From positions 480,001-544,000 of the forward strand of contig CAWGYA010000008.1 in assembly GCA_963826715.1 (NCBI GenBank): a DNA stretch of 64,000 bases, read 5' to 3'. Source of the stretch: Candidatus Bathyarchaeota archaeon (GTDB lineage: Archaea; Thermoproteota; Bathyarchaeia; Bathyarchaeales; Bathycorpusculaceae). Of the stretch, positions 30,249 through 39,786 are shown one piece after another. Both the position numbers and the translations under genes were made by a program. The number at the start of each line of letters is the position of its first letter. Within the stretch, counting starts at the first letter, position 1. The notes below the pieces were generated by a model that did not search any database, was not told the DNA's origin, and saw only the letters and a program-made list of their open reading frames with translations.

Positions 30249-31506
30249 GCAAGGATGGTGCAGAATACAATTAAACTGGCGGTCGGCTAAAACGAGCGAC
30301 ATGGTTTTATGTCGGCGCTAATATCCTTAGTTGTTGTATTGTCGTCGTTTATTCGCATAGCGGTTCTTGACTGAGTTGTCCCAAACCACCAGGAACGCGC
30401 GCCTTAGAGAATTAACATTTGTTGCTAACAAGCGTATGTAGTCGTTTGTTGGTTGGCAGAATCTTGTGAATCGTAAGAACACCTTCCATAATACTTGCTA
30501 AAAACTAAATCAATTATTTCTTATAATCAAGGTGCAATAAGTTGTTTTATCTGCCGCAGAGTTAGGGAAGTTGTTAGTGAACCTTGTCGGCGCTGTAAAT
30601 CAACTTTTTTTGTCCAACCTGAAAACACCGAGCTTATTTTTTGCTAACTGCAACAGCTTTAAAGAATAGAAGGTACCTGTTTTTTGCTCTGCGGGGAAGT
30701 TAGGTTTTAAAAAGGAAGGGCGCAAACATTGCCTTAGAAAATTATTTTTTTGCAGTTAATTGGTGATCTTTTAGAAAATAAAAAAGCCCAAAGGCTAAGC
30801 TCTGGAACTGATAGGTTAGGTATTGACTGAGCCGATATAGGATTAACTATTGCTTAGAGTTGAGGTTATCAAATGAACTGTCAGTAATGTTTGTAGGCTT
30901 TTAGTTTGACGGCTCATATCTGAGAAAAGGAATATCTTTGAATTATAGTTTACTAAGTTCGTTTTTGAAAAAAAATGTTCACACTAGGCAGATGGAAAAG
31001 GTGTAGTTTTTGGATTAACTTATGTCTGAACCCTGCATTTTATGATGAAAATTGTTGGAACTCAGGAATATTCTGGCTAGGATTCTGCGATTATTTCGGG
31101 CGAATTGTCATTCGATTCATCCTCATTAATCATGAGTTCTGGTTTCTTGAAAGCTCGATCTAGAACAGTAATATTAACGCGAGATGGTTACCTTGAAGTG
31201 TCGCTATTGAGATTGAAGTGAGCGAATACATCGCTTAGATTTTTGTTCTTGCATTGTCAAGCCTGTAGCTTATTATTCTCTCTTGTATCCCCAAAATGGT
31301 TTTTTATGGTGATTATATGCATTAAACGCTTTTCACCATAGAATAGAGCTTGAAAACACCCGCATTCGCGTAAAACTAACGGCTTTTCGCCTCATTCGCG
31401 CCAATATGTAAAAACGCTTATTTACAAAAACGCGAGAATACGTTTTTGTTTACCATACTATAAACTATACTTTAAGGGCAATAATGCAAATCCCATGTTT
31501 AACCGC

Positions 31507-31532
31507 CTTATTCCCTATTTAATTCCCGCTTT
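31507..31532 (+). repeat. Subterminal direct repeat CTTATTCCCTATTT, right copy, plus degenerate tandem copy TAATTCCCGCTTT
   Basis: Identical to 23161-23174; the second copy is offset by 12 bp. Confidence 0.85.
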
Positions 31533-31560
31533 CTCCATAAAAAACGCTGAAACTCGCTCT

Positions 31561-31945
31561 TCCAGAAAGATAGCGCAAATGAATAAAACGGAATGTATTC
31601 ACTAAGGGCAACCGTTAATATCCAAACTATCCCTCCAAAGCCAAAAAGAAACACCCGCTGATACGCCACCGATCCATACTTTGCTTTCAGACGGTTTCGC
31701 CAGAACCAAAGTTGCCACACAAGCAATAGACCAACAACCTCGACAATTAATACACCGAATAATGGAAACAAGGAAAGTAATACCCCGTTTACTTCCTCGA
31801 CGCTTAAGATAGTGGGTAATGAATCAAACGTGATAAAAATAACAAGAGCTAAGGCAATCATGCAAATTAGGTAAATTGGTAAAAAAACAATTTTTTTACC
31901 GCAAAGAGCAGGTAGTTTTTCTCGAAATTTTCTGTATCCTTTTAT
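31561..31945 (-). pseudogene. ICMT/PEMT-family methyltransferase, N-terminal part
   Basis: (I)KGYRKFREKLP...TM helices...SFALSFW ends at the TCCAGA repeat; the listed ORF tail KSEFQRF... is read-through into the insert. Confidence 0.8.
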
Positions 31946-32199
31946 GGGAAAGAATAAAACACAGTACCCCTTTGCTTAAATTATGATTTTTTGATTTGCT
32001 CATCAAACTGGCGATTTGAACGGAAATCTCATACATGACCACTCTTTTATGAAGAAATAGTTTGTTATAATTATTTTGATTTAATTTCTTGATGGATAGC
32101 GCAGTATTCCTAGAAAATAAGTTATTGCCTTCTCACAACTGTTTGGAGGGAAAAGGTGAAAAGCAACCGCGAATAATACCACCTAAGGAGACATCGAAA

Positions 32200-32397
32200 A
32201 TGAGTGATCAACCCAACATAGCAACAATCCAATTAAATGGCGATAAACAAAATTTCATCATTGATAAGAAAGATTTCAAAACAGGCAGTAGAGGATACTA
32301 CGGAACAGGCAAGATGGTAGCAGCTGGGAAAAAGTATCAGATAAGCATCCAAGTTGTCGAAATCGGTTCAAAGCCAAAAGAAGAAAATAAAAAGTAG
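32200..32397 (+). CDS. Small beta-rich hypothetical protein (65 aa)
   Basis: AAGGAG SD before ATG 32200; 'DFKTGSRGYYGTGK...KYQISIQVVEIGSK'. Confidence 0.75.
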   Translation: MSDQPNIATIQLNGDKQNFIIDKKDFKTGSRGYYGTGKMVAAGKKYQISIQVVEIGSKPKEENKK

Positions 32398-32420
32398 AAA
32401 TTTCTAATTTCTTATTTTAT

Positions 32421-32897
32421 TTATGGCAGCATTGTAGCGGTAATGATTGTAACATCAGTTATGGGTTTATCGCGTGAGTTTTTTTTCACCTTTGCGATTT
32501 TGTCAACAACATCCATCCCCGACACAACATTTCCAAAGACAGGATGTTTACCATCTAAGAAATTGTTGTCCACTAAATTGATGAAAAATTGACTGCTCCC
32601 TGTATTTGGACCTGCATTTGCCATTGCAATGGTTCCACGTTGATTGCGGTTGCTCCGTGTAAATTCATCAGGTATATTAGGGATGGAGGGATCGCCGTAT
32701 CCAGTTCCTGTAGGGTCGCCGCCTTGAATCATAAAGCCATCTATGACACGATGAAAGATTACTCCGTTAAATGTTCCCTTCAGAACAAGGTTTTTGAAAT
32801 TATTTGCGGTTATTGGCATGTCACTGCGTAAAGCGATTGTTATGTCGCCCATGTTTGTGTGAAGTAAAACTTTTGTTGGGTTTGTTTGATTAGACAT
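32421..32897 (-). CDS. Cyclophilin-type peptidyl-prolyl isomerase
   Basis: 'FHRVIDGFMIQGGD', 'AMANAGPNTGSSQFFIN', 'HPVFG'. Confidence 0.95.
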   Translation of the reverse strand: MSNQTNPTKVLLHTNMGDITIALRSDMPITANNFKNLVLKGTFNGVIFHRVIDGFMIQGGDPTGTGYGDPSIPNIPDEFTRSNRNQRGTIAMANAGPNTGSSQFFINLVDNNFLDGKHPVFGNVVSGMDVVDKIAKVKKNSRDKPITDVTIITATMLP

Positions 32898-33200
32898 AGT
32901 TTTGACCAGATTAGAAATGTATAGTATATGCCCTATTAGGGTTATTGTTAACCATCAAAATTAAGCAAGGGAAAAATATTTTTTCAAGAGAGCAACTCAT
33001 GGATCAGGTCGTTTAGTCGGGGTAAGCATTTAGTTTAAGAGTTCAAACAGCCAACACAATCGGAAAAAGAAGAAGAATCAACCCCCCACCAAGTCATTTC
33101 TTCTATTAAAGAGAAAAATTTTCCTTGCCCAAGTCTAATTTTGTCCTGATAACAACCAAAAAAACAGAAAAACAAATAATTCTGGGAGTTAGTCGTTGTT

Positions 33201-33902
33201 TTACGACAAAACTTTTGCCCCGATTATAGGAACTGCCTGCAATGGAGCATCGTTTGAGTCAGTAGGCAAATGCGCAATCGCCATAACTACATCCATACCT
33301 GACACCACTTTGCCGAAAGATACATAGCTATTGTCAAAAGCGGTGCTATTATTGTTCGCGACATTGATGAAGAATTGGCTACTTCCACTGTTCGGTGCAC
33401 CTGTATTAGCCATGGAAATGGTTCCATTATAGTTGTGATTAGTTGTTGTAAACTCATCTTGAATGTTAGGAACATTAGGGTCGCTTAATCCATTTTCAGC
33501 AGGTTGTCCCCCTTGAATCATAAAGCCATCGATTATCCGATGAAACGCACTACCATTATATGTTCCTTGATTTGCAAGTTTTATGAAGTTACCAGTCGTT
33601 ATAGGCATATCATTACGTAAAGCTATGGTTATGTCGCCAAAAGAAGTACGTAAAAGAACTTGGGTTGCTCCAGAATATGGATCCGCAGAAGCAGGTATCT
33701 TGGTTGGAGTCGGGGACGGCGTCGGGGTTGCCACACTACTTGATGGGTTCCAGGTTGGGTTAAGAGAAGCTATGACGCCGAAAACTATTACAATAACTAA
33801 AATAACGGCCAACGCTATCCAAACTGATTTGTTACGTTGCCGCGTCTGCAACTTTCCGGTTTTTACCGATTTCTTGTGTGATTTTCGATTTCTAGGCGCC
33901 AT
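33201..33902 (-). CDS. Membrane-anchored cyclophilin paralogue
   Basis: Basic N-terminus, TM helix and PT linker; 'FHRIIDGFMIQGG', 'SMANTGAPNSGSSQFFIN'. Confidence 0.93.
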   Translation of the reverse strand: MAPRNRKSHKKSVKTGKLQTRQRNKSVWIALAVILVIVIVFGVIASLNPTWNPSSSVATPTPSPTPTKIPASADPYSGATQVLLRTSFGDITIALRNDMPITTGNFIKLANQGTYNGSAFHRIIDGFMIQGGQPAENGLSDPNVPNIQDEFTTTNHNYNGTISMANTGAPNSGSSQFFINVANNNSTAFDNSYVSFGKVVSGMDVVMAIAHLPTDSNDAPLQAVPIIGAKVLS

Positions 33903-34154
33903 GCCCTTGTAGTCTTCAGCTCTTCATATAAAATTTTTCTTTTCTAGACATAAAACCTCCTCAGCCAGAAAAGTGCAGGTTTTCAAAAATCATGTCTAAT
34001 TAAAAAAGGCGAAAGAAAAATAGAGTTTTCTTTTCCAACCCAAGATTAAACGGTGAAACATAAATAAACAAATCTGCATTAAGCAGAAAAATAAAGCATT
34101 GGATAATTCTTAAATCATTAAACAGCATCACAAACAGTTAAAGGTGTAAAAAAT

Positions 34155-35087
34155 TTGGCACAACCAACTTTCAAAACAGTTTTCGTTTTTTTAGACACAG
34201 ACAAATACTGCAGCCCATTTGACATGCTCGTCGCCATCGATGCATTCCCCGACTCGATGATATTCAAGTACGAAAATGTCACAAGCGAGGATGCACCAAA
34301 AATAGTCTTTGACCTCCTATTCCCACGAGGACCTCTCGGAGCAGCCCATACCAAAGTCTTCATCAACGGCAGCAACTTTGAAGAAGTCGAAAAAGTCGTG
34401 GCAGCAACACAGAAAGCAATGAAATCCGCACCATGGGGGAACAGCATCATTGTTGACCCAAGGGGTGGATATAGCACAGCAGCAGCAGCAGTCGCCAAAA
34501 CCTTCGGCGCATCTAAAGAAAAGGGACTGGGTGAACTGAAAGGGAAAAAAATCACTGTGTTAGCAGGCACAGGTCCAGTAGGACAAACTGCAGCAAGAAT
34601 TTATGCTTCAGAGGAAGCAGATGTCACTATCACCAGCCGTTCTTTAACTAAGGGACAAGTAATCGCTGACAAAATTAACGCTGAATGCGGTGCCGCCCGG
34701 GTCAAAGTCGTCGAAGTCAACAAACCAGAGCAGACATCCGCAGCAGTCAAAGATGCTGAAATCATCCTTGCCGCAGGCGCAGGAGGCATCCAGTTGCTTA
34801 GCAAAACTGATCTAGAAACTGCAACCAAATGTAAAATTGTCGCAGACATTAATGCCATTAAGCCGCTTGGTGTTGAAGGTTTAGGACCCAACGACGACAG
34901 CATCACACTAAAGACAAGCACATGGGGAATCGGGGCTTTGGCCATCGGCAAACTAAAAATTAAAACCGAGACCGAAATGATAAAGCGTGCAACCGCTGAA
35001 CCACAGGGACTATTCGACTACGAAATCGCCTACACTATCGCAAAAGAAGCCATCCTTAAGAAACTCGCAAAAGCAGCTGCCAAATAA
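34155..35087 (+). CDS. NAD(P)-dependent methylene-H4MPT dehydrogenase (MtdA/MtdB family)
   Basis: 'SPFDMLVAIDA', 'DPRGGYSTAAAAVA', 'AGTGPVG', 'AGAGGIQLL', 'ADINAIKPLGVEG', 'GIGALAIGKLK'. Confidence 0.88.
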   Translation: MAQPTFKTVFVFLDTDKYCSPFDMLVAIDAFPDSMIFKYENVTSEDAPKIVFDLLFPRGPLGAAHTKVFINGSNFEEVEKVVAATQKAMKSAPWGNSIIVDPRGGYSTAAAAVAKTFGASKEKGLGELKGKKITVLAGTGPVGQTAARIYASEEADVTITSRSLTKGQVIADKINAECGAARVKVVEVNKPEQTSAAVKDAEIILAAGAGGIQLLSKTDLETATKCKIVADINAIKPLGVEGLGPNDDSITLKTSTWGIGALAIGKLKIKTETEMIKRATAEPQGLFDYEIAYTIAKEAILKKLAKAAAK

Positions 35088-35264
35088 CGCAGCCAAACTC
35101 TTTATCTTTTCTTTTTAGCCAACACTCCAGTTAAACAAGCTACACAGGAAGATAACACGTAAAAGAATCTCGGCGCTCCAACACGAAAAATCCAAATTTC
35201 AGCATTTGACAAAATGCCTGCAACCTAAGGACTATAATATTTCATCATATCTAATCAATTCTTT

Positions 35265-35975
35265 ATGCGCAAAATTAAAGCCCAAAGCAACTATCTCAAA
35301 AACCAAACTTTAAAAAACTTAGTTAAGGCTGCACTTTGCCTACTGATTTTCGGCACTGTTTTTTTGGGATTATCTATACGAATTATCTATACCAAGCACG
35401 CAGGTGTATTCGAGGCAGCAGGACTGATTTTCCTTCTCTCCCCGCTTATCGCAAGTTACTTTTACCTGCGCAAGTACCACATCTTCCGCGGCGGTTGGGA
35501 AGGCGAAAAACAAGTCGCATCGTACCTCAACAACGCCTTAAACGATGATTATTACCTGATAAACGACCTTTATCTTCAAGGCGGCGAAGGAGACATTGAC
35601 CACGTGGTTTTAGCCCCAAACGGAGTGTTTGTTTTGGAGACCAAAAATTGGCGAGGCAGTATAAGCTGCAATGACGACGAATGGCAACGAAATGGGAAAC
35701 GAACTCCAAGCCCCAGCCGTCAAGTTAAACGTAACGCTACAAAGGTAAAACGTATAATCGACACTTCGGCAAACCTGAGACTTTCTGGGATTTGGGTCAA
35801 AGGCATAGTGGTTTTCACTAACAGACATGCCAACTTTCACTTAAACAGCCCCACTGTACCAAGCCTAAAACTCGAACAGCTGCCAAACTTTTTAACCACA
35901 CACAAAAGCAAACACCAATTAAGCCGTAGTGAACTCGAAACCATCGGTAAAGAAATTACAAAGCAAAAATCGTAG
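35265..35975 (+). CDS. NERD-domain nuclease-like membrane protein
   Basis: Two TM helices then 'GWEGEKQV', 'DIDHVVLAPNGVFVLETKNWRG', 'SPSRQV'. Confidence 0.88.
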   Translation: MRKIKAQSNYLKNQTLKNLVKAALCLLIFGTVFLGLSIRIIYTKHAGVFEAAGLIFLLSPLIASYFYLRKYHIFRGGWEGEKQVASYLNNALNDDYYLINDLYLQGGEGDIDHVVLAPNGVFVLETKNWRGSISCNDDEWQRNGKRTPSPSRQVKRNATKVKRIIDTSANLRLSGIWVKGIVVFTNRHANFHLNSPTVPSLKLEQLPNFLTTHKSKHQLSRSELETIGKEITKQKS

Positions 35976-35985
35976 AAGGTTTCCG

Positions 35986-36663
35986 TTATGGAGAAGTGAT
36001 GTTGAGCCATGCTTTACGTTTTACGAGAGCAAATGAAGTTATGCTGGTTATGAAAAGGCTCACTATAACAAAGGAGTTAGGTATAGCCCTCTCGCTATAC
36101 TGCAGCGTAGAGAAGAGAATCGAGAGGCTACAATACATGGCAAATCCACCTAATACTAATTGGAGAAGATGAAGAGTTTTTCTGCCCCGACACGCTTGCG
36201 CCTTTATCCAATTTAAAATTGACGCCACATGTTTGGAAACATCAGGCAAATCATCAAGAAACAGAGCTAAACCCGCCAAGAAGAACACCCGACCAGCGTT
36301 AACAGAAACTGTGCTGTTATCGACAAAGAAGAGGTTAGGCAACGGAATAGGAGTAAATGCCATCACAAAAGCTGAAGATGAAGCCAGAACAAAAAAGCCA
36401 TAGACGTAGTGATGAAAAAGGAATCTTCCAGTATGCAGAGCACGCCCAATAGCAGCACTTGGAAAAATGTTAACGATCCCCGCGGCCAATGCCAACCAAA
36501 AGACATTTCCGTTAATTAGGAATGGCGTATATGGCTGCCAGTAGGGGTATGCTTGGTAGTAACCATAGATTATCCCCGCAACGCATGCTACCGAGATAAG
36601 CGCGTTAAAAACTAACGCTATGCTGAAAGTTTTCTTCAATATTACCCAGATGGAAGTAGCCAT
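35986..36663 (-). CDS. Hypothetical polytopic membrane protein
   Basis: About six TM helices; 'FHHYVYG', 'LFLDDLPD'. Confidence 0.75.
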   Translation of the reverse strand: MATSIWVILKKTFSIALVFNALISVACVAGIIYGYYQAYPYWQPYTPFLINGNVFWLALAAGIVNIFPSAAIGRALHTGRFLFHHYVYGFFVLASSSAFVMAFTPIPLPNLFFVDNSTVSVNAGRVFFLAGLALFLDDLPDVSKHVASILNWIKAQACRGRKTLHLLQLVLGGFAMYCSLSILFSTLQYSERAIPNSFVIVSLFITSITSFALVKRKAWLNITSP

Positions 36664-36979
36664 TTTACGCCATGCCCTAACTGAGTCAATTCAACTAATT
36701 TAATACATGGTTTGTTTGCCTAGTTTTTATAAGTAACGCATATAGAGGAAATAAACAAGCAACAATCAGATTATCAATTGCTCAAAGTTAGAGTCTTACA
36801 AGTAACTACCGTTTTAACTCTACTCTGCCCATTCATCAACTATTTTAATTGAGAGCCCGAACGAAAAATCAATCAGCCACAAAACCCAATAAACCACTCA
36901 AGACACCAAAAAGTGAAGATTCTTTTGCTAGCGTTATTTATCAACTTGTCTACTCATAATACAATTGGGAGGTTAAGAA

Positions 36980-37810
36980 ATGAATACTACCGTTGACTGG
37001 CAACAGGTCTTATCCGAATGCAGCATCAACATACAAAACGCCATTAAACCCTGCCTAAAAACCGTTCGGGAGCCACATCAAAATCTAGGCACAGGAGCAG
37101 GTGGCGACCTTATGAAACCGGTGGATTTAGCTGCCGAAAACGCCATTGTAAAGACACTCCAAATTCACAATATTTCTTTCACTCTTATCAGTGAGGAATC
37201 AGGCATCAAAAAAATCGGCGATTCGCCCGACGAATGCTTTGTTTGCGTTGACCCAATCGACGGGACAACCAATCTAACCCATGGCTTACCATTCTACGCT
37301 TCCTCTATCGCAATTTCAGATAAACCTCAACTTTCCGCCGTCTATGCGGGGATTGTCACCGATTTAGCTCACGATAGCACATACCTGGCTTTTCGAGGAA
37401 AAGGTGCCTTCAACAACGGTGAACACATTCAAACATCCAAAACAAAAGCCCTAGATGAAGCTGTTTTAGGCTTAGACATAAATACCTATAAAATAAAAGC
37501 TGACATAGCAACTTTTACCTCTTTTATACACAACACAAGGCATACGCGGCACTTCGGCGCCAACGCCCTTGAAATCTGTTATGTGGCTTCAGGATTAACA
37601 GACGGTTTCATAGATTTACGTGGGAAAATCCGTACTACGGATGTGGCAGCCGGTTTCCTCATCTTGAAAGAGGCAGGAGGAGTCATCACGGATGCCTCTA
37701 ACAAACCAATTAATGTACCCTTGGACCCCAAACAAACACTCAATTTTGTTGCTTCGAATAACATAGAAATTCATGAACAAATCATGAGCCTGATAAAACC
37801 TAATGTTTAA
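36980..37810 (+). CDS. suhB: Inositol monophosphatase / FBPase class IV
   Basis: 'ISEE', 'VDPIDGTTN', 'GANALEICYVASG', 'TDVAAG'. Confidence 0.92.
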   Translation: MNTTVDWQQVLSECSINIQNAIKPCLKTVREPHQNLGTGAGGDLMKPVDLAAENAIVKTLQIHNISFTLISEESGIKKIGDSPDECFVCVDPIDGTTNLTHGLPFYASSIAISDKPQLSAVYAGIVTDLAHDSTYLAFRGKGAFNNGEHIQTSKTKALDEAVLGLDINTYKIKADIATFTSFIHNTRHTRHFGANALEICYVASGLTDGFIDLRGKIRTTDVAAGFLILKEAGGVITDASNKPINVPLDPKQTLNFVASNNIEIHEQIMSLIKPNV

Positions 37811-38645
37811 TATGCTTCTGCCTCACCCTGCAGCGCTCGTGAAAACCCTAAAAACCAGGACTCTCCTCATCGCTGACCCACATATCGGCTGGGAAATAGA
37901 GCTGCAGCAAAAAGGTATCCATGTACCAAGTCAAACCAACAAAATTTTTTCTAAATTAACATCTATCTTAAGCAAATACACGCCCAACCGTCTTATCATC
38001 TTAGGAGACGTAAAATATACAGTGGTTTCCAGCCAGCGAGCTGAATGGCAAGACATCCCGGAATTCTTTAAGAACCTTAAACATTATGTCACTGACATAG
38101 CCATTGTTAGAGGCAACCATGACGCAAACATTCAGCCACTATTACCAGAAGACATACAGTTGCTACCAGCAACTGGCGAAGTTATTGGCGACGTTGGCGT
38201 TTTCCATGGACACAAATGGCCCTCACCACGACTATTGCGTTGCAAGACCTTGGTGATGGGGCATCTACATCCAACAGTGGTTTTCCATGACCCAACCGGT
38301 TGTAGAATCACAAAACAGGTTTGGCTGAGAGCAAATGTTGACGGCAAAGAACTTGCACAGGTATTATTGCGCAAAAATAACGTAAAAATTGTTGACTCAG
38401 TTGAGCAAACGTTGGAACAACATTACAATATCAAGCTTAAAACATCAGAAATCTACATTATGCCCAGCTTCAATGATTTCCTGGGCGGCAAACCCATAAA
38501 TGAAACCCGAAAAAGAAAACAGTCAGATACTGAATCGTTGATGGGACCTGTGTTGCGGTCGGCAGCAGTTGAAATGAAAGAGTCGGAACTATATTTATTA
38601 GACGGCACTTACTTAGGAAAACTAGATCAGCTCAAGTATTTGTGA
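37803..38645 (+). CDS. Calcineurin-like metallophosphoesterase
   Basis: 'ADPHIG', 'LGDVK', 'GNHD', 'HGH', 'GHLHP', 'MPSFN'. Confidence 0.9.
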   Translation: MFNMLLPHPAALVKTLKTRTLLIADPHIGWEIELQQKGIHVPSQTNKIFSKLTSILSKYTPNRLIILGDVKYTVVSSQRAEWQDIPEFFKNLKHYVTDIAIVRGNHDANIQPLLPEDIQLLPATGEVIGDVGVFHGHKWPSPRLLRCKTLVMGHLHPTVVFHDPTGCRITKQVWLRANVDGKELAQVLLRKNNVKIVDSVEQTLEQHYNIKLKTSEIYIMPSFNDFLGGKPINETRKRKQSDTESLMGPVLRSAAVEMKESELYLLDGTYLGKLDQLKYL

Positions 38646-38718
38646 TTACGACTTGCCGGGCTAACTCTTATATTTGCTACATGTTATATGCCTAACATAG
38701 TTTGGGAGAGAAAATAAA

Positions 38719-38874
38719 ATGAAGCTTGTAACAGTCCTCTTGCCAGAGGCGTATTTGGAAGGTCTAGATGAATTAGTGCGGGCAAACATGTACCCCAGCC
38801 GAAGCAGCGTCATCCGAAGCGCGGTACGCGACCTGCTAAAGAAGGAACTCTGGGAAAACAAACGCGGCAGATAA
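38719..38874 (+). CDS. Ribbon-helix-helix regulator, CdrS/aCcr1-like (missing from the ORF track)
   Basis: MKLVTVLLPEAYLEGLDELVRANMYPSRSSVIRSAVRDLLKKELWENKRGR (51 aa). Confidence 0.9.
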   Translation: MKLVTVLLPEAYLEGLDELVRANMYPSRSSVIRSAVRDLLKKELWENKRGR

Positions 38875-38878
38875 ACCG

Positions 38879-39646
38879 TTAAACTCGTCTTATTTGAGCG
38901 CATAGCCGCATAGCGGCTTCCGCAGGATCCTCGGCCATAGTGATTTCCCTGCCCACGATAAGGTAATTGGCACCTGCCTTAACTGCAACTTCTGCCCCCC
39001 CGCCTTGGACACCCACACCTGGCGAGTATATTGCGGCTTTATCCATTAGAATCTGTTTAATCTCTGAGATTTTTTCGGGTTGTGTTGCACCAACCACAAC
39101 ACCATCAGCACCCCATTGCACAGCCTTTTTGGCAAAAGCAATGTATTGAGGCATTTGTAGACCAGTAATGGGATCAATCACAGTTTGTCCGTAACCTTCA
39201 CTAGCACCTTTATGACTCATGTAAGTAAGCAAAATAACACCTCGATTGAGGCGTTTTGAGACATCAAAGAGTGGTTTTAAGCCTTCTTCCCAACCCACAA
39301 ATGGATTTGCTATAATAGCATCAAAACCCGCCGCATAGTAGTATTCAGCAATGACCTGGTTAGTTGCGCCAATATCATTAACTTTGGCATCCATAATCGC
39401 TAGCATTCCTTGCCCACGAATTTGCTCCACAAGGTATTGGACGCCATCAAAAGTCCCCAACGGCAACGTGAGATGATGGTTGATTTTTACTGCGCAAATA
39501 TAAGGGTGAACAGCTTTGAGGATTTTCTGTGCTTTAATAAGGATGTTGTTGCGATTTTCAGCAGACTCAAAAGGAAAATCTAAGGCTAAGATGAGGGGGG
39601 AGTTTTTGCTTTTGGCGGATTCCTGCATTTTACCTTTAAACGACAC
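38879..39646 (-). CDS. pyrF: Orotidine 5'-phosphate decarboxylase
   Basis: 'LILALD', 'DAKVNDIGATN', 'SPGVGVQGG', 'IVGR'. Confidence 0.95.
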   Translation of the reverse strand: MSFKGKMQESAKSKNSPLILALDFPFESAENRNNILIKAQKILKAVHPYICAVKINHHLTLPLGTFDGVQYLVEQIRGQGMLAIMDAKVNDIGATNQVIAEYYYAAGFDAIIANPFVGWEEGLKPLFDVSKRLNRGVILLTYMSHKGASEGYGQTVIDPITGLQMPQYIAFAKKAVQWGADGVVVGATQPEKISEIKQILMDKAAIYSPGVGVQGGGAEVAVKAGANYLIVGREITMAEDPAEAAMRLCAQIRRV

Positions 39647-39786
39647 AGTTTCTTTCTCCAGTGAATAGCAATTGTGTTTATCGCTGAATTAGCATTTAAA
39701 CCTTCAATCCATACACGAAACTTAAAATTTTGCCCCTCCAATTGGCGTATAACAACAGGTAACACTTAACAAAACGAGGCGGAAAA

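Larger units (their letters stand above)
23156..31560. mobile_element. 8.4-kb cargo insertion flanked by the 6-bp direct repeat TCCAGA, without TIRs
   Basis: TCCAGA at 23150-23155 and 31561-31566; removing the insert plus one copy restores the frame ...FALSFW|ISSPLQIIATP of the split gene. Confidence 0.85.

Noticed and set aside
30520-30670. Cys-rich fragment (CFIC, CRRC, possible CANC) in the right arm of the insert
   Set aside because: No start codon, broken frame, too short to assign
30975-31163. ORF as a candidate recombinase of the element
   Set aside because: No tyrosine, serine or DEDD recombinase motifs in the frames I translated on either strand
33001-33055. tRNA-like sequence (GGTCGTTTAGTCGGGGTAAG...GTTCAAA)
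   Set aside because: Resembles a D-arm and T-loop, but no acceptor or anticodon stems can be formed
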